From NCBI GenBank assembly GCA_018675975.1, contig JABGXB010000002.1, positions 256,098-320,097 on the forward strand: a stretch of DNA of 64,000 bases, in the 5' to 3' direction. Positions 57,825-64,000 of the stretch are shown here, piece by piece (the stretch's first letter is position 1; the number at the start of each line of letters is the position of its first letter). The notes beneath the pieces are model-generated. The model did not search any database and was not told the DNA's origin. It was given only the letters and a program-made list of their open reading frames with translations. Position numbers and translations under genes: made by a program. The stretch is from Candidatus Woesearchaeota archaeon (GTDB lineage Archaea > Nanobdellota > Nanobdellia > Woesearchaeales > JABGXB01).

Positions 57825-58793
57825 ATGAGATATTCACGTCATTTAAATTTAGATAGGCCTAAAATAAATAGAAAAGATTTAGACATTAATCTAATAATAA
57901 TTGGCTGTGGTGGAATAGGCAATAATATAGCCTATTTGTGTGCAAGCTTAGGCATAAAAAACATATATTTAATTGATGGAGATATTATTGAAATTAGTAA
58001 TTTAAATAGACAAACACTATTTTTTGAAAAAGATATACTAAAATCAAAATCTAAAGTTTTATGTGAAAAATTAAAAAAAATTAATAGCCAAATAAATATT
58101 AAATATAGTTCAAAAACTGTAGACCAATTAAATATTGATAACATATTAAATATAAATAATAAAGATAAAACTATTATAATTGACGCCACAGATAATATGA
58201 ATACAAGATTTTTATTAAATGATTATTGTATAAAAAATAAAATAAAATTTATTAGCTCATCAACCATAATGACAACAGGATATGTTTATTCACACATCCC
58301 ATCATTAAATAATGCTTGTTTAAATTGTTTTTTAGAAAATAAAAAATCTAATGCTAGTTGTGGAATTGAAGGAGTATTAAATGGAAGTTTATTTATGTGT
58401 GCAAGCATAATGATTAGTGAAATTATAAAAATAATCAATAAAGAATATAATACAAAAAACATACCAAAATTAATTAAATTCAATTCATATGATTATAAAA
58501 TCCAATTAATTAATATTAATAAAAATAAAAAATGTAATACATGTAAAAATAAAAAATTTATACATTTAGACAATAAAAAAGAAATGCAATTTTGCTCAAA
58601 AAATTTTCAAAAAAAATTTAATAAAAAAGATTATGAAAAAGTTAAAAAAAGAATTAAATCAAAAAAAAAAATAAACGACTTGAATATTGGTTTTTCTTTT
58701 GAAAATATAATTGTATTTAAAATGGGTAAAATATTAATTAAAGAAAGTACAAAACAAAGAGCAAATATAAAATTTAATCAATATTTCACATAA
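57825..58793 (+). CDS. ThiF/MoeB/E1-like adenylyltransferase
   Basis: GCGGIG, SNLNRQ, DATDN...R, CLNC, CNTC zinc motifs. Confidence 0.92.
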   Translation: MRYSRHLNLDRPKINRKDLDINLIIIGCGGIGNNIAYLCASLGIKNIYLIDGDIIEISNLNRQTLFFEKDILKSKSKVLCEKLKKINSQINIKYSSKTVDQLNIDNILNINNKDKTIIIDATDNMNTRFLLNDYCIKNKIKFISSSTIMTTGYVYSHIPSLNNACLNCFLENKKSNASCGIEGVLNGSLFMCASIMISEIIKIINKEYNTKNIPKLIKFNSYDYKIQLININKNKKCNTCKNKKFIHLDNKKEMQFCSKNFQKKFNKKDYEKVKKRIKSKKKINDLNIGFSFENIIVFKMGKILIKESTKQRANIKFNQYFT

Positions 58794-58828
58794 TTTTATA
58801 AGAATATAATAATTTTAAAGCAATAAAG

Positions 58829-60760
58829 ATGATAAAAATAAAATTATCTGATGGGACTGAAAAAAAAGTAAAAGAGGGTATTACTGTTTTTGAATTAGTA
58901 TCTGAAATAGACTCAAAACTATCCACATCTTGCATTGGTGCAATAATTACTCAAAAAGATAATTCTACATTAATTGACAATATTACACCCATCAATTTTA
59001 ATTGTTCCATAAAATTTATTACAAATCAAAATAATGAAGCATATGAAATAATAAGACATAGTTGTGCACATTTACTGGCACATGCAGTAAGTGAATTATT
59101 CCCTTATGCAAAAACAACAATCGGCCCTACAACACATAATGGATTTTATTATGATTTTGATCATGAACCATTTTCTGAAGAAGATTTAAAAAAAATAGAA
59201 ATAAAAATGAAAGAAATTGCAAAAAGCAATTTAGAAATTAAAAGAGAAGAAATAAGCAAAAAAGAAGCTTTAGAATTATTCAAAGATAATGAATTTAAAA
59301 TAGAAATAATAAAAGAACTGCCTGAAAATGAACCAATTACAATATATAAGCAAGGAGATTGGTTTGATTTATGTCGTGGGCCACACATACAAAATACAAG
59401 AAAATTAGTTGGATTCAAATTAGATAAATCCACAGGTGCATACTGGAGAGGAGATTCTAAAAATAAACAACTACAGAGAATTTATGGTTTTGCATTTTTT
59501 GATAAAAAAGAATTAAATACATATTTACTAGAATTAGAACAAGCAAAAAAAAGAGACCATAAAAAAATTGCAAAAGATTTAAATTTATACATGATTGATG
59601 AGTTAGTTGGAAAAGGTTTACCAATGTGGCTGCCAAAAGGTCAAATTTTAAAAAATGAAATTGAAAAATTAGCAAATGAAATTGAAAATGAAGAAAATTA
59701 TTTACAAGTATCGACACCACATTTAGCAAAAGAAGAATTATTTTTAAAATCAGGTCACTTACCCCATTACAAAGAAGGAATGTACCCTTCAATGGAAATG
59801 GATGACGGAACATATTATTTAAAGGCAATGAATTGTCCATTCCATCATTTAATATTTTCACACAAACCAAAAAGTTACAAAGAATTACCAATTAAATTAG
59901 CAGAATATGGAACTTGTTACCGTAATGAATTATCTGGTGCATTATCAGGATTATTAAGAGTTAGAATGTTAAGCATGAACGACGCACACATTTATTGTAC
60001 AAAAAATCAAATTGAAGCTGAAATTAAAAAAGTTATTTTAATGGTAAAAAAATATTATGAATTATTTAAATTTGAAAATTATTATTTTAGACTATCAACA
60101 TGGGATTCAAAAAATAAAGAAAAATATATTGATGAGCCAAAAAATTGGAATTATACTCAAAAAATATTAAGAAACATATTAAAAAAATTAAAAGTTGAAT
60201 ATACAGAAGTATCTGATGAGGCAGCATTTTATGGACCAAAAATAGACATACAATTTAAAACAGTATTAGGCCGTGAAGAAACAATGTCAACAATTCAATT
60301 AGATTTTGCCGCAAAGAAAAAATTTGATTTAAAATATACTGACAAAAATGGAGAATTAAATAATGAAGTATTTGTAATTCACAGAGCACCCTTAAGCACA
60401 CATGAAAGATTTAGTGCATTTTTAATAGAACATTATGAAGGAAGATTTCCATTATGGTTAAATCCAAATCAAATAAAAATCTGTCCAGTATCAGACATAT
60501 TTTTAAAATATTCACAAAAAATATATAAAAAAATTAAAAAATTAGATTTCAGAGTTGAATTAGATAAAACAAGCGATGGAATAAGTAAAAAAATAAGAAA
60601 TGCCCAATTGGAAAAATATAATTATATGATAGTTATTGGAGAAAAAGAAATCGAATCCAAAACTATAACTATAAGAGACAGAACGGGAAAAAATAATTCT
60701 AATATTGAATTAAAAGAATTCTTAAAATCAATAAAAAAAGAAAGAGAATTTAGGGAATAA
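58829..60760 (+). CDS. thrS: Threonine--tRNA ligase, bacterial-type (TGS plus editing domain)
   Basis: RHSCAH, DLCRGPH, RDH, KAMNCP.H, YRNE.SG.LSGL.RVR, AFYGPK. Confidence 0.97.
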   Translation: MIKIKLSDGTEKKVKEGITVFELVSEIDSKLSTSCIGAIITQKDNSTLIDNITPINFNCSIKFITNQNNEAYEIIRHSCAHLLAHAVSELFPYAKTTIGPTTHNGFYYDFDHEPFSEEDLKKIEIKMKEIAKSNLEIKREEISKKEALELFKDNEFKIEIIKELPENEPITIYKQGDWFDLCRGPHIQNTRKLVGFKLDKSTGAYWRGDSKNKQLQRIYGFAFFDKKELNTYLLELEQAKKRDHKKIAKDLNLYMIDELVGKGLPMWLPKGQILKNEIEKLANEIENEENYLQVSTPHLAKEELFLKSGHLPHYKEGMYPSMEMDDGTYYLKAMNCPFHHLIFSHKPKSYKELPIKLAEYGTCYRNELSGALSGLLRVRMLSMNDAHIYCTKNQIEAEIKKVILMVKKYYELFKFENYYFRLSTWDSKNKEKYIDEPKNWNYTQKILRNILKKLKVEYTEVSDEAAFYGPKIDIQFKTVLGREETMSTIQLDFAAKKKFDLKYTDKNGELNNEVFVIHRAPLSTHERFSAFLIEHYEGRFPLWLNPNQIKICPVSDIFLKYSQKIYKKIKKLDFRVELDKTSDGISKKIRNAQLEKYNYMIVIGEKEIESKTITIRDRTGKNNSNIELKEFLKSIKKEREFRE

Positions 60761-60802
60761 TATTGACCAATTTTATAAATTATAAAAAATTACAGTTTTA
60801 TA

Positions 60803-62698
60803 ATGCAATATAAAAAATTCACCCTAGATAAATTTCAAGTAGATGCAATAGATTCTATTGAAAAAGGAAATTCTGTTGTAGTTTCAGCATCAACTGGTAC
60901 TGGAAAAACTCTAATTGCTGATTATATTATTGATAAATATATTAAAAAAAATAGAAGAATAATTTATACTGCACCAATTAAGGCATTATCTAGTCAAAAA
61001 TATAGAGATTTTAAAGAAGAATATGGTGAAGATAAAATTGGCTTAATGACTGGAGATATCGTAATTAACCCCCAAGCACCAATAATTGTAATGACAACTG
61101 AAATATATAGAAATATGTTAATTACAAAAGACCCATGCATTGATTATATTAGTTATGTAATTTTTGATGAAATTCATTTTATTAATGATATTGAAAGAGG
61201 AACAATTTGGGAAGAAAGTATTATTTTTTCACCACCACATATTAGATTTTTATGTCTTTCAGCTACAATACCAAATAAAGTTGAATTTGCAGATTGGATT
61301 TGTAAAATTAAAAATCATACTGTAGATGTAGTTGAAAATGTAAAAAGAGCTGTACCATTAAATCATAGCATATATGATCCTGAAAAAGGATTAACAGATA
61401 TAAATTTATTAATTAAAGAAAAAAAAAGAAGAAAAAAAAAATATGGTAGAACAGATGAAGATCAATTAGTCCATATTGATTTAATCGACATATTATTTGA
61501 AAAAAAATTATTACCTGCAATATATTTTAATTTTTCAAGAAAACAATGTGAATATAAGGCAAAAGAATTATCAAAAAATATAGATTTTTTAAATTCAAAT
61601 GAAAAAAAAGAAGTTATTGGAAAAATAAATGAAATAGTTCCAAATAATTTAAAAGTATTAAAATCATTTTCATTATTAAAAAAAACATTAACTAAAGGAA
61701 TTGGCTTTCATCATGCTGGAATTGTTCCAAAATTTAAAGAATTAGTTGAAATTTTATTTGGAAATGGCTTAGTTAAAGTATTATATGCAACTGAAACTTT
61801 TGCAGTTGGAATTAATATGCCAGCAAAAACAGTTTGTTTTGCAAGTTTATTAAAATACGATGGTGTAAATACTAGATATTTAAATAGCAAAGAATATTTT
61901 CAATTGGCAGGAAGAGCTGGAAGACGGGGAATTGATAAAATTGGTAATGCAATTGCAGTAATCGATAATAACAATTTAGATTTAGAAAGAATTAAAAAAT
62001 TTACAACCAGAGACATTGATCCAATAATATCACAATTTAAATTATCAATTAATACAGTATTAAATTTAGTTTATTATCATAAAGAAGACGAAATTAAAAC
62101 AATATTGAAAAATAATTTTGATTATTATTTAAAACAAAAATCAAATAAAAAAACTAACATAATTAATTCATATAATAATAGATTAAAATTATTAAAAAAA
62201 TTAGAATTTATTGACCAAGATAATATTTTAACAAATAAAGGAATTTTTGCAAGGCACATATATAGTAATGAAATTTTAATTGGTGAAATATTTAATTCTC
62301 AAAATATAAATAATTTAAATGAAAAAGAATTATTAGTTTTAATAGGTTTAATTGTATATGAGCCCAAAAGATCAAATAGATTTAAAATATCTAGAAAATA
62401 TAAAAATCATTTAATTGTATTTAATAAATTAAAATCAAATAATTACTTTTTTAAAAATTGTAATCAAACACATTTAGCATATATGGATTTCATTATAAGA
62501 AATTGGATTAATAATTATAATATAAGTGAATTATTAAATCATTGTAATTTACAAGAAGGTGATATAATAAGACTATTTAGACAAATAATTGACGTAATGA
62601 GACAAATAAAAAAAGCAAATGTAGATCAAAATTTACAAAATAAATTAACTAAAGCAATTGAAATAATAAATCAAGACATAATTAAAGTAGAATTCTAA
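60803..62698 (+). CDS. Ski2/HelY-like DExH RNA helicase
   Basis: TGTGKT, PIKALS.QK, DEIH, LSAT, ATETFAVGINMPA, GRAGRRG, C-terminal EGD..R..RQ (DSHCT-like). Confidence 0.92.
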   Translation: MQYKKFTLDKFQVDAIDSIEKGNSVVVSASTGTGKTLIADYIIDKYIKKNRRIIYTAPIKALSSQKYRDFKEEYGEDKIGLMTGDIVINPQAPIIVMTTEIYRNMLITKDPCIDYISYVIFDEIHFINDIERGTIWEESIIFSPPHIRFLCLSATIPNKVEFADWICKIKNHTVDVVENVKRAVPLNHSIYDPEKGLTDINLLIKEKKRRKKKYGRTDEDQLVHIDLIDILFEKKLLPAIYFNFSRKQCEYKAKELSKNIDFLNSNEKKEVIGKINEIVPNNLKVLKSFSLLKKTLTKGIGFHHAGIVPKFKELVEILFGNGLVKVLYATETFAVGINMPAKTVCFASLLKYDGVNTRYLNSKEYFQLAGRAGRRGIDKIGNAIAVIDNNNLDLERIKKFTTRDIDPIISQFKLSINTVLNLVYYHKEDEIKTILKNNFDYYLKQKSNKKTNIINSYNNRLKLLKKLEFIDQDNILTNKGIFARHIYSNEILIGEIFNSQNINNLNEKELLVLIGLIVYEPKRSNRFKISRKYKNHLIVFNKLKSNNYFFKNCNQTHLAYMDFIIRNWINNYNISELLNHCNLQEGDIIRLFRQIIDVMRQIKKANVDQNLQNKLTKAIEIINQDIIKVEF

Positions 62699-63954
62699 AA
62701 AATAAATGAAAAAATAAGTCCAATTATAATTAATAAGAATCCATATAAAATAATTTTTATTGGCATACTAAATAAAAGAAATAGACAAACTAATATACCA
62801 AAAAAAGGTATAATTGGAAATTTACCAAAATTAAATGGAACCTTAAATGGACGTTTTAAATTTGGTTTGGTATACCTCAATACAATTAAAGATAAATTAA
62901 TTACAATAAAAATAAAAAATAATGTGAAATTTGTTAAATTTGCAACTAATAAAATATCATTAAAAAACAAAAATGAAATTGAAATTAAACAAATAATAAT
63001 AATTGAAACCCAAGGTGTTCTATTAATTTTATGAACTTTTGAAAAAATATTTGGAAGTGATTTACTTTTTGACATTCCATAAATAATTCTAGAAGTTGAA
63101 AGTAATAATAATAAGGAAGTATTTGCTGTTGCAAATAATGCAATTATTGCTAATATTAAAGATGCATTATCACCTAATGCTGTTTGCGCCACATCACTTA
63201 ACGGTGCATTAGATACACCTAAAGCTTCAGGAGACATTACTGAAACCGCTGAAATTGCCACCAAAACATAAATGATTGTAGTAAAAATAACCGAATAAAT
63301 TATTGCACGTGGAATATTTGTTTTTGGTTTTTTAGTTTCTTCAGATAAACGCACAATATCTTCAAAACCCATATATGCAAAAAAAATTAATGCCGCAGAA
63401 GTAAATAATCCTGACAAGGATGGCATATCAAAATAATTAATATTTACCATATCAAATTTAGGAAGACCAATAAAAATAATCATAATTAAACCTGCAGCTT
63501 CAATTAAAGTAAAAACTACTGCAATATTAGTTGAAAAATTAATACCTTTAAATAATAAATAACAAATTATTAATAATAAAATAATTGCAGGAACTATTAT
63601 TGACGTATTAAAAATTGAACTAAAATATCCACCAAAACCTGATGCAACAGTTGAAGAAGAAATTATTCCACCAAAAATTGCAAGCCACCCAATTAAAAAA
63701 GCAAATTTAAGTCCAAATGCTTTTTTTGTATATATATATTCAGCAGATGATTTTGGAAACATTGAACTTAGTTCAGCAAAACTTAAACCAGAAAAAACTG
63801 CCACTAGTGCAGCAATCAAAAAGGAAATCCACATGGCATTCCCAGCTAAAAAAGCAGCCTTTCCAATTAAAGCATAAATACCTGCACCCAATATAATTCC
63901 AATACCAGAAATTGTGACTTTCCATAAACTCAAACTTCTTTTAAGTTTCACCAT
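62695..63954 (-). CDS. APC family amino acid permease
   Basis: G.ILGAGIY, FFAYMGFE, EE.K.P..NIPRAI, RPFKVP; start placed at ATG 63954. Confidence 0.93.
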   Translation of the reverse strand: MVKLKRSLSLWKVTISGIGIILGAGIYALIGKAAFLAGNAMWISFLIAALVAVFSGLSFAELSSMFPKSSAEYIYTKKAFGLKFAFLIGWLAIFGGIISSSTVASGFGGYFSSIFNTSIIVPAIILLLIICYLLFKGINFSTNIAVVFTLIEAAGLIMIIFIGLPKFDMVNINYFDMPSLSGLFTSAALIFFAYMGFEDIVRLSEETKKPKTNIPRAIIYSVIFTTIIYVLVAISAVSVMSPEALGVSNAPLSDVAQTALGDNASLILAIIALFATANTSLLLLLSTSRIIYGMSKSKSLPNIFSKVHKINRTPWVSIIIICLISISFLFFNDILLVANLTNFTLFFIFIVINLSLIVLRYTKPNLKRPFKVPFNFGKFPIIPFFGILVCLFLLFSMPIKIILYGFLLIIIGLIFSFIF

Positions 63955-64000
63955 GTAGATTAATATATATTTCACATAATAAAGGTTATTGTTTAAATTT

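Noticed and set aside
2419..59891. Many short antisense or nested ORFs in the track (e.g. 2419, 3013, 9345, 17153, 35993, 37232, 38803, 47866, 59457)
   Set aside because: They overlap well-supported genes and have no family motifs; shadow ORFs
1..64000. Stop-codon recoding or programmed frameshifts at long A-tracts
   Set aside because: Conserved genes read full length in the standard code with no split frames

Overview
Very AT-rich archaeal chromosome segment. The gene content (fused PriS-PriL primase, aIF2-alpha/Nop10, aIF5B, Hef, archaeal S10/spc r-protein operon, SepF, PRC-barrel, histone-fold protein, BHB-intron tRNAs) points to a DPANN archaeon, probably Woesearchaeota-like; this taxonomy is an inference. 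Most of the window is housekeeping: about 28 r-protein genes, SecY, DUF106, PAC2, ThrRS, helicases, ABC systems and five tRNAs (Thr, Leu, His, Tyr with intron, Trp with intron). No CRISPR array, integrase or transposase is visible. Hand reading added genes missing from the ORF track (eS27, Nop10, histone-fold protein, partial S-layer-type gene) and several non-coding signals: a canonical box C/D sRNA between rpl3 and rpl4, a 45-nt tRNA-Trp intron that looks like a minimal guide for its own C34, and three structured intergenic elements. Other standouts: a tRNA-Thr-anchored duplicated cassette whose promoter is nearly identical while its proteins diverge strongly and which carries a relic of the flanking gene; a bacterial OmpM-like SLH protein; a bacterial-type lipoprotein signal peptidase (LspA) ending an operon of disordered/coiled-coil proteins; and several pseudo-enzymes.
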